Positions 10,089-21,152 of a DNA stretch of 64,000 nucleotides are shown here, piece by piece. A program made the translations under genes and the position numbers. This DNA comes from a virus (Duplodnaviria > Caudoviricetes), in IMG/VR virus record IMGVR_UViG_2896054739_000007, positions 1-64,000 of that record; one strand, given 5' to 3'. A model generated the notes under the pieces. The model had not been told where the DNA came from, did not search any database, and worked only from the letters and a program-made list of their open reading frames with translations. Position 1 is the first letter of the stretch; each line of letters opens with the position of its first letter.

Positions 10089-12023
10089 TTAAGATGTGAT
10101 CATCTGAACAAATTCACCTTCGCTTATAATTGGTATCCCCAAATCATGAGCCTTTTTATTCTTTCCTGATGTACTTGCAACATCATTGTTTATCAAGTAT
10201 GATGTTTTAGCCGACACAGAACCAGATACTTTTCCTCCATTTCTCTCAATTGTAGTAACCAATTCTTCACGATTTTTGTAAAACTTTAAACTTCCTGTAA
10301 TCACAAACAACTGACCTTCTAATACTTGTTTTACATTGCCATTATTCTCTGCCTCTCTAAAATTAAATTCCCCAATCAACTCAGCAATCCATCTATAATG
10401 CTCTCTGATGAAAGCCTTCATTGAGTTATTCATTGCATCTCCAAAATCATCTAATTTAGTAAAGTCATAACCATGGTACCAAATATCATAAAATTCTTCT
10501 GCTTGATTATTAAATTCTTTTGCAATAACTTTGCTTGCTGTTCTACCAATCAGAGGAATACACAGTCCATAAATGAATCTATCCAATGTAGTATTTCTAC
10601 TTTTTTCAATGTTTTCTAATAGTTTGCCTACTAATTTCTTACCAAAGCCATCAAGTTTATAAATTTCTTCTTTGTGATCTGATAAGTAATAAATATCTCT
10701 AAATGAATTTAACCATCCTAAATTAATAAATTTCTGTAGTCTCTGCTCTGATAATCCATCTATATTAATTGCATTTTTGCTTACAAAATGTGATAGTTTA
10801 CCAAGTAATTTCCCCTTACAGTCTGGATTAGTACATATAAGAACTTCCGTACCATTTTCTTTAACAATCTTTGTACTACCACTACATATAGGACAAATGT
10901 TTGGAATATTAAAACTATTACTCTTAGTAAGATTATCTCTTATCTGAGGAATTATTTGGTTAGCCTTATATACTGTAATCTCATCACCTATACCAAGTTG
11001 TAAATCCTTGCATATACTAATATTGTGCAATGATGCTCTACTTACTGTAGTTCCTTCTAATTCAACCTCATTAAAAATTGCCACTGGTGTAAGTTCGCCT
11101 GTTTTCCCCATACTCCATTCAATATCTTTAAGTGTAGATGTTACTTCTTCATCATAAAACTTATATGCTAATGAATGTTTTGGGTGGTGCCCTGTTTTTC
11201 CAAGAGATTTACCATATTCAATATTGTCGTAAGTAATCACAAGACCATCAATCGGATATGATTTATCTCTTGCAATGATTTTTAGTTCCTCAATCTTTTC
11301 TTCAATATTATCTGTCAAACTATTGTATCTTACATAAGGAACGACCTCAAATCCCCATTTTTCAGCTAATTCAAATCCTAATGAATATGTTGTTAATTCA
11401 AATGGTATTTTCCAAGCAATAAACTTAACATGTCTTTTTTTTGTAATATTATTATCTAGTTGTCTAACAGATCCGCTTGCCAAGTTTCTGCAATTTTTAT
11501 ATTCTCCATTTGTATTAATCTTTTCAAAATCTGATTGAGTAATAATTGCTTCTCCCTCAATTTCAAATTTATTATTAAATGGAATATTTAATGGAAGGTT
11601 AGAAAATACTTTTGCATTATGTGTTACAATTTCTCCCTCTTCACCATTACCTCTTGTTTCACTTTGATACAAACATCCGCTATTATAAGTATTCAGAATC
11701 GTAAGCCCATCCATTTTCAAAGATAAAATGCATTCTCTACCATTTGAAAATTTAATTAAATCATCCATTGACTTTGTTTTATCAAGTGAAAGCATAGGAT
11801 GACTATGCTTCACCTTTTCAAGTTTTGACTTGACTTCATATCCAACCGTATGTGTTGGTGAATTAGTCATTACTATATTTGTTTTATCTTCTAAATTCTT
11901 TAACTCATCAAATAAATCATCGTATTCCTGGTCTGATATTTCTGATAAAGAATTGTTGTAATATGAATCTCTATATTGATTAAGTTGCTGTGTTAATTCC
12001 TTTATTCTTTTTACCTTATCCAA
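10089..12023 (-). CDS. ligA: NAD-dependent DNA ligase
   Basis: KMDG adenylation motif, TRGNGEEGE, RNLASG, Zn finger, HhH, C-terminal BRCT. Confidence 0.97.
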   Translation of the reverse strand: MDKVKRIKELTQQLNQYRDSYYNNSLSEISDQEYDDLFDELKNLEDKTNIVMTNSPTHTVGYEVKSKLEKVKHSHPMLSLDKTKSMDDLIKFSNGRECILSLKMDGLTILNTYNSGCLYQSETRGNGEEGEIVTHNAKVFSNLPLNIPFNNKFEIEGEAIITQSDFEKINTNGEYKNCRNLASGSVRQLDNNITKKRHVKFIAWKIPFELTTYSLGFELAEKWGFEVVPYVRYNSLTDNIEEKIEELKIIARDKSYPIDGLVITYDNIEYGKSLGKTGHHPKHSLAYKFYDEEVTSTLKDIEWSMGKTGELTPVAIFNEVELEGTTVSRASLHNISICKDLQLGIGDEITVYKANQIIPQIRDNLTKSNSFNIPNICPICSGSTKIVKENGTEVLICTNPDCKGKLLGKLSHFVSKNAINIDGLSEQRLQKFINLGWLNSFRDIYYLSDHKEEIYKLDGFGKKLVGKLLENIEKSRNTTLDRFIYGLCIPLIGRTASKVIAKEFNNQAEEFYDIWYHGYDFTKLDDFGDAMNNSMKAFIREHYRWIAELIGEFNFREAENNGNVKQVLEGQLFVITGSLKFYKNREELVTTIERNGGKVSGSVSAKTSYLINNDVASTSGKNKKAHDLGIPIISEGEFVQMITS

Positions 12024-12091
12024 CCACATTCCTCCTTTGAAACACACATTTAATTAGTAACCCATATTTCTAATTGGGGTAAAAGACTTTT

Positions 12092-14691
12092 TTATTTATC
12101 CATACCTATAATCCGTTCACCTAAATAATTCCAATCTTCTATATCATATATAACTTTCTCTTTCTTCATTTTTGTTATTACTTTAGAAACTTTCGATTTA
12201 GGGACATCAATATTAGTAATAACTTTCTCAATAAGTTCATTTTTACTCATTTGATCACCCCTAAGAATATGACATACCATATCTCTGATTTGTCCATCAT
12301 TGATTAGTTCCGAAGGATCTATAGGAGACAAGTTATAAATTTTGTATTTGTCAAGTTGAAATCCTCCCATTTCTAGTTCTTGCACCGTATCAAGGATTAT
12401 TTTATCCTTATCGCTTAATAATAAATACATCTGTTACCTCCGTTAAAATTGCGATTTAATAGTCATCTGTAAATTCACCACGTTCAATGCATTCAGCTAT
12501 TTCTTTAAATAACTTCTTTGCACATGATATGTTGATTCCGATACTTTGTTTTTCAACCCAATGTTTATCATTATCAATTTCCATATATTTGATATTGATA
12601 TTTACATCATCTTGTTCTACAACATATTTCCATGAATTATATAACTCTTGAAAATTTTATGAGTATTCTTTAATTGTATTTGTTACTGCTTTTATCTCTT
12701 CCATTTTTTTCTCCTTAAAAGACTTGTTTTATCTGTTTACAACCTTCCCATTTTCAATAACATCATTAAAGAACTCTATAACCTCTTCTTCTCCGTTGAA
12801 AGCATATTTATTACCCCAGAATGAAATATGTTTTTTGAGAAACTTTACAATATATTTTTTAAAAATATCTGTTGAGTATTCATATGTTATCTTTTCTATA
12901 TTACCACCAAGATTCTGTTCAACTTCCATTGTGGATGTTGTCATTCCAAAATAACTAAATTTAACATTTAGAATACCGAGAGATTCTGTCTTAAACCTTG
13001 TGGAAAGATTGTAGTCCATCCAGTCATAATCATATAAGTGTAAATATGTATTTGTCCTATCATCTTCAATATTGTCACTAAAAATCAAATCATTGCTATT
13101 TATTTTCTCTAAGTACACTCTACATTTTCCTCCTTTAAAAGCGTGGTTTTAAGACTTTGTTACTATATCATTTACAACAACCACCTTATACGAAGATACT
13201 TTCATCTCATCATATAATCCCCATTCACTTTCTACATTTTCAATTTTTCCTATAACAACAAATTGACCTTTAAATCCTATTACTTCCCCTTTATATAAAA
13301 AGGAAGAAGTTCCTCTATGCCTCATTGCTACAACTTTATCTCCGATTTTTATTTCATTATTTAAGAAATCTTTCATCTAAACTGCTCCTTGATAATCATT
13401 CAAATTAACTTTTTCTATAGAAACAACACTGAACCATCCAGGATTCAAACCAATCTTCTGATGAAACTCAAACATCAATTCTGATAACTTGTCCTCTAAC
13501 CATTTTCTCTCTTCATCTGTTACACCTTCATAAATGTATGTATCACAACCAGAATCATCACAATACGCTTCAGCTAATTCTTCCATAATCCTATCTGGAT
13601 CAGGATCAGTTCTCAAAGGAACAAGTTCACACTCACCAACATAAATTGTTGGATTATTTGTAGATAAACTTCTTTCAATCCATTTTTTACAACCTAAAGC
13701 ATCCTGTATTGCTTCTTCTTTTGTATTAAATGTGCCATGTGTCCAATTTTCATTATCTGTTTCGTTCCATGACCATAACATTTATTTTCACCTCTCAATC
13801 ATTTCAAATGCTTTTCTCATGCCTTCCATGAAGTCAGTCCCATCCAAATTATCGTCTATATACTTCTCCAATTTATCTATCTGTTCATTTAAATAATCTA
13901 AACTTTCTGATATATCACCATAATCATTATATCTTTGTTCTAATTCATTTTTCTCGTTTTCTAATTTCTGATATGCTGCATATAATTCTTCGCTTGGTTC
14001 TCCACATATCTCTTCTACTTTCTGAGAAAATTCATTACCAATATTTTCAGATACAATTCTGAGAACATCTGATAAATCTTTGGCTTGCTCCCAATTCTCA
14101 TTTATCATTATCATAAATTTATTTTCTCCTTTTAATCGAATAACGAAATGTGTTTTAACCCCTCTTCCAAATCATTCGCCTTACGAAATTGTTTAATATC
14201 TTCTTCCGTTTTTGCAATTAGTAGTTGATTTTTTGCTTTTTTAATTCTACTCTGTAAAAGTAACATCTCATTCTGTAACTCACTCAATGTGTTAAAATAT
14301 TCTTGCTTAACTTTTTCAATATCCATTTTTATATCCTTTCCTACTACTTAAAACCTATCTTTCATGGTTTTGTTTCAATCCAATAAGAAACAAATCTTTT
14401 CCTAAAATTACTTTCCTTAATATATTCATAGGCAGGATAACAAGACATACTAGCTATCCCTTTTTCGTAAAGATAATTAACAAATAATTCTGTAAATCTA
14501 TGGTTACAATCTGTCCAAATTATTCCTATGTCTTCTTTTATATCATTTAAAAATCCGACACAGCCATCAATATATCCTTCATACAATTTTTCTACTTTTC
14601 CTCTGCCAAAATATTCATAAATGATTATTGGATAGGGTCTACCACTTGAAAATTGATAATTTTCATCAGTATCTATAATTATTTCTCTCAT
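12092..14691 (-). other. Block of small hypothetical phage ORFs (12092-12430, 12729-13118, 13149-13376, 13377-13781, 13788-14114, 14132-14326, 14362-14691)
   Basis: ORF track, most with SD sequences; no recognisable motifs. Confidence 0.7.
12456..12704 (-). pseudogene. Small ORF with an in-frame premature TAA
   Basis: AAGGAG + ATG GAA GAG...TAC TCA TAA AAT TTT..., same frame continues to the stop at 12456. Confidence 0.55.
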
Positions 14692-14765
14692 TAATCAATT
14701 CCTCACTTTATTTTTACAAATGTTTGATATATAATATTTTCATAAATAGTTTGGAGGTTACATAT

Positions 14766-15457
14766 ATGTCTGAAGATAAAAAGTCGTTAATCAACTTAAT
14801 TCCTGATTCCATTGATAATGCTGTTAAAAATATTACTGATAAACCAACACAAAATATTGGAACCACTCTTGCTGATATTTGGTATCTTGTTTTTGGTGGT
14901 ATTTCACAAGCTGCAGAAAAACGTAAATTAGAATATGCACATGCTCTTCAAGAATTTAAAAATGAGTTAGAAGAAAAAATTTATAAAATTCCAGAAGATA
15001 AATTAGTTGAGCCTGATATACAAATTGTCGCTCAGGCTTTAGAAGCTGCTAAATATTGTATTGAAAAAAATCTCTACGAAGAATGTTTAGTAATTTAATA
15101 GCTAAATCAATGAATAAAGAAACATCCTTATATTCACATCCTTCATTCGTTAATATAATTAAACAATTATCTACTTATGATGCAAGAATATTAGCATATA
15201 TATATGAATGCCAAATTGAATCTAATATAAATATTATTATTGATGATAACGACTTGCTTTTTCCATTATCTTCATTAGAAAAACAGGGATTAATTCATGT
15301 ACATATGCAACAATCTGCTCAAACATTATCCATTGATAAAAACTTATTAAAATTACATACAAATTTTGATGTTAATATTCCTATCAAAACAGCCTATATT
15401 ACTTTGACTAAATTAGGTGATACTTTTTGTGATATTTGTTTAAATTCAGAAATTTAA
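14766..15457 (+). pseudogene. DUF4393/Abi-alpha-like protein split by a frameshift in an A7 run
   Basis: IG.TLADIW.LVFGG, P...I...ALEAAKY, MFSNLIA.SM, HPSFV.IIKQLS..DA; A7 at 15064-15070, A8 would fuse the two ORFs. Confidence 0.75.
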
Positions 15458-15501
15458 CTTTATACATTATTCCATGAAAGTCCTATTTCATCACCTTGTT
15501 C

Positions 15502-15549
15502 AGTCTATATATAGTAGTTTGCAAAATTCAAAACCGCTATATATAGACT
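15502..15549. promoter_or_regulatory. Tandem NrdR-box pair
   Basis: agtCTATATATAGtag (15502) and ccgCTATATATAGact (15534), 32 bp apart. Confidence 0.65.
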
Positions 15550-15553
15550 ATTT

Positions 15554-17824
15554 TTATGCTACTTTTCCCTCTAACATCATCCATGTGTTCCGTTTATTAT
15601 GACTTGTACGAATACATTGCAAAAATGCTTGTGGTTCTGCCAACAGTAGACATCTTTTCTTTGCTCTTGTAAGCAGCGTATACAACATACAGTTATCCAA
15701 AAGTTGATGATGTGTGTTATCAATAATTCCAATCACAATCTTCCTACCGGCTCCCTGTAACTTATGTACGGTCATTGCATAAGCAAGATCCAAAGCTGTC
15801 AGTTCTTTCTTTGTATACTCAATCAATTTTTCTTTTCCAAAAATATCAGTATAGGTTACTACACAATATTCCTCTTTCTTTTTGCCATTCTGTCTCTCAC
15901 TGATTTCTGTTATATATCCTATTTCTCCGTTGAACACATTCTTATCGTAATCATTTACTGTCTGCATCACTTTCGCACCCAATTTAAATGTCATCTCAAA
16001 ACCAGATATACTTTGCAATACATCTCCTAGCAACTTCTCCTGAATTGTTTTATTCAGTTCATTTGTACTATTCAAGCAATCTTTTCTTCGTGGTACTGTA
16101 ATAACAACATTATCAATCCCATCAGACTCTACCGATTTTAGAAATGTCTTAACTGCAATATCAAATAATGATTGCCTATTTGTACGGAACATATAATACA
16201 TATCCTGTAACTCACCATGAATAATTCTCGGTTGTAACTTTTCAGTTATAGGGTTGATGTTTTCACGGATCAGATTTGCGTCTACAAGAATGCCAGACTT
16301 TTCAGCTTGTCTCATTGGCTTAACCAGTTTACTTACTACTGTATCATCAAACATTTCTATTAAATCAGAAAATACATTACCAAATCCTATTGGTGGCAAC
16401 TGCTTATGATCTCCAGAAATAATAATTCTTGTATTATCATCAATGGCTTCTAACCAGTGTAGAAATAAACTGGCATTTACCATACTTCCCTCGTCAAGAA
16501 ACGCAACGCTTGTAATCAAGTGATTATCCTTATTAAAATCAAACTTATTCAAACCTTTACATCCCAATGTCCTATGAATCGTCATAGCAGGAAATGATGT
16601 TGCTTCAGTGATTCTCTGTGCTGCCATAGCCGATAAAGCAGATGCCGTTAATGTAAATTGGTTTTCTGTATATGCTTTCACAATCGCTCTCATAATGGAT
16701 GTCTTACCAGTACCAGCCTTCCCAGTTATTAAGCTGATTGTTCTATGCAGACTTTTATTGATTGTATCAAGCTGTTCTACTACATATTGGAATCCTTGTT
16801 CTTCTTCTGCATGTCTGATCGCCTGTTCTATTTTTTCATCAGAAATATTAATGTCCGTCTGTTTCTTAGACTTTTCAAGCAGTATATTATAAATCTGCAT
16901 TTCGATATCGTGATAATATTTCAGCCCTACTCTATCTTCTGATATGTGTAAAAACTCATTGTTTTCCAATAACCAATCCGTTTTATCGGCACACTCAGGA
17001 ACACTATTACTTATTGCCGACTTTAGAATTTTAACTGAACACCAAGTATGACCACTACTTTCTCCCAAATCTGTGAAATAGTATTTTATAAACGCAACCA
17101 ATCTTTCAGTTGTATTTATGAGTTCTGGCTTCAATTTTAATGCCAAGTCATCGACTTTCTTAAACCCAAGCCCATTAATTTTTGTAAGTATATAAGGATT
17201 TTCTTCTAATTGCTGTTTTAACAATGCCGGATTAGGTTCATCTGTTAGAAGTTTTTTAATCATCGTATATGTAACTCCTAATGGCTTTAACATTGTGATA
17301 ATGTCTGAAATCAGATAATTATTGATGATCTTGTCCTTAATCCTGTTCCAAGTAAGTTCTCTAACTCCCTTTACTAAATCATAATCAATTTCTTTTAACG
17401 TGCCATTTGCCACATCATTTACTACATTTGGGTACACACTTATTAAATTCTCCGCAATCCAAGGTGAAATAATGGATTGCAGAAACATTAACTGTGACTC
17501 TTTTGTTTGTGGTATAAGAGCATATATGGCTATTGGTGTATACTGATGACCATATGTTTTGTCATACTTATACCTAGCCTTTATCATATATTCTCCACCG
17601 ACAACCAATTCCTGCATTTTGCCAGCCAAAGAACTAAACTTTTTATCTGGATCGACTTCTTTACTATCTTCAAATGGTAAATCCATTTTTGTTTCTTTTG
17701 TATATTGAGGAATATCATCGTTTGTGTAAAAACCATATACGCCCCAAGTGGTATCTGAATTGTAGTATCGTTCATAAGTTATTACTGCTTTAAATTTCAA
17801 AATATCTTCATCGTTTTCAAACAA
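15554..17824 (-). CDS. recD2: RecD2-like SF1B helicase
   Basis: TGKAGTGKT, DEGSM, GDHKQLP, RQA, FNGEIG, AYAMTVHKLQG, YTLLTRAK. Confidence 0.93.
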   Translation of the reverse strand: MFENDEDILKFKAVITYERYYNSDTTWGVYGFYTNDDIPQYTKETKMDLPFEDSKEVDPDKKFSSLAGKMQELVVGGEYMIKARYKYDKTYGHQYTPIAIYALIPQTKESQLMFLQSIISPWIAENLISVYPNVVNDVANGTLKEIDYDLVKGVRELTWNRIKDKIINNYLISDIITMLKPLGVTYTMIKKLLTDEPNPALLKQQLEENPYILTKINGLGFKKVDDLALKLKPELINTTERLVAFIKYYFTDLGESSGHTWCSVKILKSAISNSVPECADKTDWLLENNEFLHISEDRVGLKYYHDIEMQIYNILLEKSKKQTDINISDEKIEQAIRHAEEEQGFQYVVEQLDTINKSLHRTISLITGKAGTGKTSIMRAIVKAYTENQFTLTASALSAMAAQRITEATSFPAMTIHRTLGCKGLNKFDFNKDNHLITSVAFLDEGSMVNASLFLHWLEAIDDNTRIIISGDHKQLPPIGFGNVFSDLIEMFDDTVVSKLVKPMRQAEKSGILVDANLIRENINPITEKLQPRIIHGELQDMYYMFRTNRQSLFDIAVKTFLKSVESDGIDNVVITVPRRKDCLNSTNELNKTIQEKLLGDVLQSISGFEMTFKLGAKVMQTVNDYDKNVFNGEIGYITEISERQNGKKKEEYCVVTYTDIFGKEKLIEYTKKELTALDLAYAMTVHKLQGAGRKIVIGIIDNTHHQLLDNCMLYTLLTRAKKRCLLLAEPQAFLQCIRTSHNKRNTWMMLEGKVA

Positions 17825-17826
17825 AT

Positions 17827-20800
17827 TTATACTGCCACTCCTTTCTTCCTCATCTGATCCAACCAAGTATTATATGGTTTTACCTTCTCTACAAAAAAAT
17901 GTTCTTCTCTCTTTCTTCCAAGTATTGCAAGACAATTTCCTTTCTTAATATCATCGCTATACTGTTTTAACTGGCTTGACCATATAGTTGCTTCAACAAT
18001 ACCAAATGGCGTATATAGGTCTAAATATGCAAATTGATTCCCGTTTTTATCTTTCTTCCTTTTAATATCAACTATGACACAAAATAATGTAGTCTTATCT
18101 CCGTCCTCTACCATATCCCAATCTGTTTTTGTATATTTGTAAGCATCTTTTAACGGGTCATTCGTCAGGAACATAGACAATGTATCAAATTCCCACATAT
18201 ATTCATCTTTTGCATATTTTTCTTGAAACTCTATCATGTGATTCTTATATTTTTGGTTCTGTTCTTCTATAAATAATTTCTCTTTTGCTTTGTTATAATC
18301 TATCAGTAATGCTTCCTTATTTACTTTTTTACCGTCCCTGTAATCATCAACATTCAATCCAAAAGGTATAAGTTTTGAATATGGAGATGGCAATGTAGTT
18401 ACTGGCTTATATTCTTTTCTTTCAAAAAGTCTATTTGCATATTTCTTCAAAGAAAGCATTTTATCTTTTGTTGGAATAGCACCAGCTTTAATTAGTGTAA
18501 TGATTGCTGTCTTATCAGCAACTTTCTCAATAAAAACATTCATACTCTGATATGGTCTATTTTCAATAATCTTATCAACAATAGACTCGCCAAGACCTTT
18601 TACAGCCAATAATCCAAACAAAATCTCATTATTTTCTGGTAGGGCAGTAAACTCAATATCTGATTTATTAACATTTGGTGGAGACACTTTGATACCCAAT
18701 CTCTTGCAGTCGTTGATTACGATACTAATTTTCTGTACCTTGTCGCTTTTAGATGTAAGTAGTGCTGCCATAAAATAAATTGTGTAGTGAGTTTTCAAAT
18801 ATGCAGTAAGATAAGATAATAGACCATATGCAACAGCGTGACCACGATTAAAACAATATTCTGCCTGTTTTAGCATTAACTGCCAAATCTCAATCAACTG
18901 TTCATTGTTCCATCCTTTTTGAGTAAGACCAGCTCTGAAATCTACTTCAAGCTGTTCCATTACTTCTTTCTTTTTCTTACCGATAGCTCTTCTTGCATTA
19001 TCAACCTGTTCTTCTGGGAACCCTGCGTGTCTGAATAATTGCAATGCCTGTTCCTGATACAGCAATATATAATGTGTTTTTCCAAACAACTCTCTTAAAT
19101 CTTCATGCAAAACGCTTACATTTTCTGGATTTAGTTTATTTTGACAATATGTTGGAAAACTCTCTTTTGTTCCTGGACGATTGGCTGCATTGACAACAAT
19201 AACATCCTCTACGTTATCCGCTTTTGCTTCAATACACATTCGTCTTCCTTCTGCCGATTCCATCTGAAAGATACCAACTGTATTGCCATTCTTATATACT
19301 TTTTCAAAAACTTCTTTATCTTCTAAATTCAAATGGTTAATATCAACATCATCCCATGTAATACCAGCCATTTTTAGCGTGTCATCAACAATATCAAGAG
19401 TCTCCAGACCAAGATAGTCCATCTTGACAAGCCCCAAATCATCCATAGCATTATGCATCTCTAACTCGATCATAATATTTTTTTCAGAATCATAACATAA
19501 TGGACAATAATCTGTAACTGGAGTAGGTGTTATAAGTGTTCCTGCTGCGTGTCTTCCCATTGACTTAGGTAAACCCTCAACATCCATGACATACTTGAAC
19601 CAAAGTGGGAACTTTTCATATACTTCTTTCAACTTTTCATTCTTATTGAGAATATCTTTGAGCAGAACGTCTTTCTCTTCCTCTTCTCCTAAATCATTTA
19701 GCGTCATGATTGTAGGGATCATCTTTGCAACTTCGTCACGCAATTTATACGGAATCTGTTTGTAGTATGGGGAATAGTCTTTCTCATCCAATACCTTTCC
19801 AATATCACGAATTGCAACTTTTGTACTTAGTGTATTGAATGTAGCAATAGGAGCCACGTTTTCTTTCCCAAATAACTCCTCAGATATTTCAACCATTTCT
19901 TTTCTTCTTCGCTTTGATATGTCCCAGTCGAAATCTGCCATAGATTTTCTGCCAAGATTTGCGAAACGTGAAAAGTCTAAATCCCATCTAACACTGTCTA
20001 TCTGTGTCACATTCAACATAAATAGGCATAAACAGTTTGCTCCTGAACCTCTGGAATACCCCAATGGTATTTTTCTTTTTCTTGCCTCTTTTGCAAGCAT
20101 ATACAGCATAATAAAATAATCCGTATAGTCAACTGCATATAATACTGGCAGTTCTGTTTCAAGCCTTTGTCTTCTTATCTCCTGATCTTCCTTAGACATA
20201 TGACCAAATTTTTCATCAAAGGTTTTGAATACCAAATATCTCAAATATTCTTCGTGATTATCATAGCCATTTTCAATATTTATTTTTGGCATGATGTTAC
20301 CTTTATTCAGACCAATATCAATGTTTTCAATAATGTCTGTTATATTTACAGACTCTTCAATGCCTTTTCTTATAATGTCTTCAGAAAATTGGTCAGATAA
20401 CTTTTCGTATATCTCATTCTCAGTCTGTAAATAGCAGTCTGTATAACTTTCTCCTACTTCTCTCCCTTCCCCTATTTCAACAAACATTGCGTGTGATTCT
20501 TTGAAGGAATCACTTAACATATGTGCGTCTGTCGTAATCGTATATGGCAGATTGTGTTTCTGTGAGAAATCATAAATCAGTTGATTTGCATTTGCCTGAT
20601 CTTCTGTATTATGTGATTGAAGTTCGCAAACGACATAATCAAATGTATTTTTCAGTTTATTAATATATTGTTCTGATTCTTCATATTTGTCATTTACAAG
20701 GTATCTACTCAACCGCCCAGCTTGACAAGCTGTTAAGCAGATAATACCTTTCCCAAGACCATTTTCTTGTATATACTTAATATCAATTCTTGGTTTCTTA

Positions 20801-21144
20801 TAAAGACCTTCTGTTCTTGATGCAGATGTGATTTTGATAAGGTTTTTATATCCTTCCTGAGTCCTTGCAAGTAAAATTAAATGATAGCGTGGCTGAGTGT
20901 ACTCTTTTGTATCTGCCTTTTCCCACATATCATCTACTTCATAAATCTCATTTCCGATTATGGGTTTGATATTATATTTATTGCACTCTTTAACAAAATC
21001 TACAAATGAAGCCATACTTCCATGATCCGTTATAGCCACAGCCTTCATACCATTTTCACTTGCAAATTTAACTGCTTCTTCAACAGTCAATATAGAATCT
21101 AACAAAGAACCTTTAGTTGTATGTATATGTAAATGTGTAAACAA
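17827..21144 (-). CDS. dnaE: DNA polymerase III alpha subunit
   Basis: PHP domain (HLHIHT, AITDHG), SRGSG, DFDWD, GRHAAG, KMDYLGL, FNRGHA, OB fold. Confidence 0.96.
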   Translation of the reverse strand: MFTHLHIHTTKGSLLDSILTVEEAVKFASENGMKAVAITDHGSMASFVDFVKECNKYNIKPIIGNEIYEVDDMWEKADTKEYTQPRYHLILLARTQEGYKNLIKITSASRTEGLYKKPRIDIKYIQENGLGKGIICLTACQAGRLSRYLVNDKYEESEQYINKLKNTFDYVVCELQSHNTEDQANANQLIYDFSQKHNLPYTITTDAHMLSDSFKESHAMFVEIGEGREVGESYTDCYLQTENEIYEKLSDQFSEDIIRKGIEESVNITDIIENIDIGLNKGNIMPKINIENGYDNHEEYLRYLVFKTFDEKFGHMSKEDQEIRRQRLETELPVLYAVDYTDYFIMLYMLAKEARKRKIPLGYSRGSGANCLCLFMLNVTQIDSVRWDLDFSRFANLGRKSMADFDWDISKRRRKEMVEISEELFGKENVAPIATFNTLSTKVAIRDIGKVLDEKDYSPYYKQIPYKLRDEVAKMIPTIMTLNDLGEEEEKDVLLKDILNKNEKLKEVYEKFPLWFKYVMDVEGLPKSMGRHAAGTLITPTPVTDYCPLCYDSEKNIMIELEMHNAMDDLGLVKMDYLGLETLDIVDDTLKMAGITWDDVDINHLNLEDKEVFEKVYKNGNTVGIFQMESAEGRRMCIEAKADNVEDVIVVNAANRPGTKESFPTYCQNKLNPENVSVLHEDLRELFGKTHYILLYQEQALQLFRHAGFPEEQVDNARRAIGKKKKEVMEQLEVDFRAGLTQKGWNNEQLIEIWQLMLKQAEYCFNRGHAVAYGLLSYLTAYLKTHYTIYFMAALLTSKSDKVQKISIVINDCKRLGIKVSPPNVNKSDIEFTALPENNEILFGLLAVKGLGESIVDKIIENRPYQSMNVFIEKVADKTAIITLIKAGAIPTKDKMLSLKKYANRLFERKEYKPVTTLPSPYSKLIPFGLNVDDYRDGKKVNKEALLIDYNKAKEKLFIEEQNQKYKNHMIEFQEKYAKDEYMWEFDTLSMFLTNDPLKDAYKYTKTDWDMVEDGDKTTLFCVIVDIKRKKDKNGNQFAYLDLYTPFGIVEATIWSSQLKQYSDDIKKGNCLAILGRKREEHFFVEKVKPYNTWLDQMRKKGVAV

Positions 21145-21152
21145 TCAATCAC

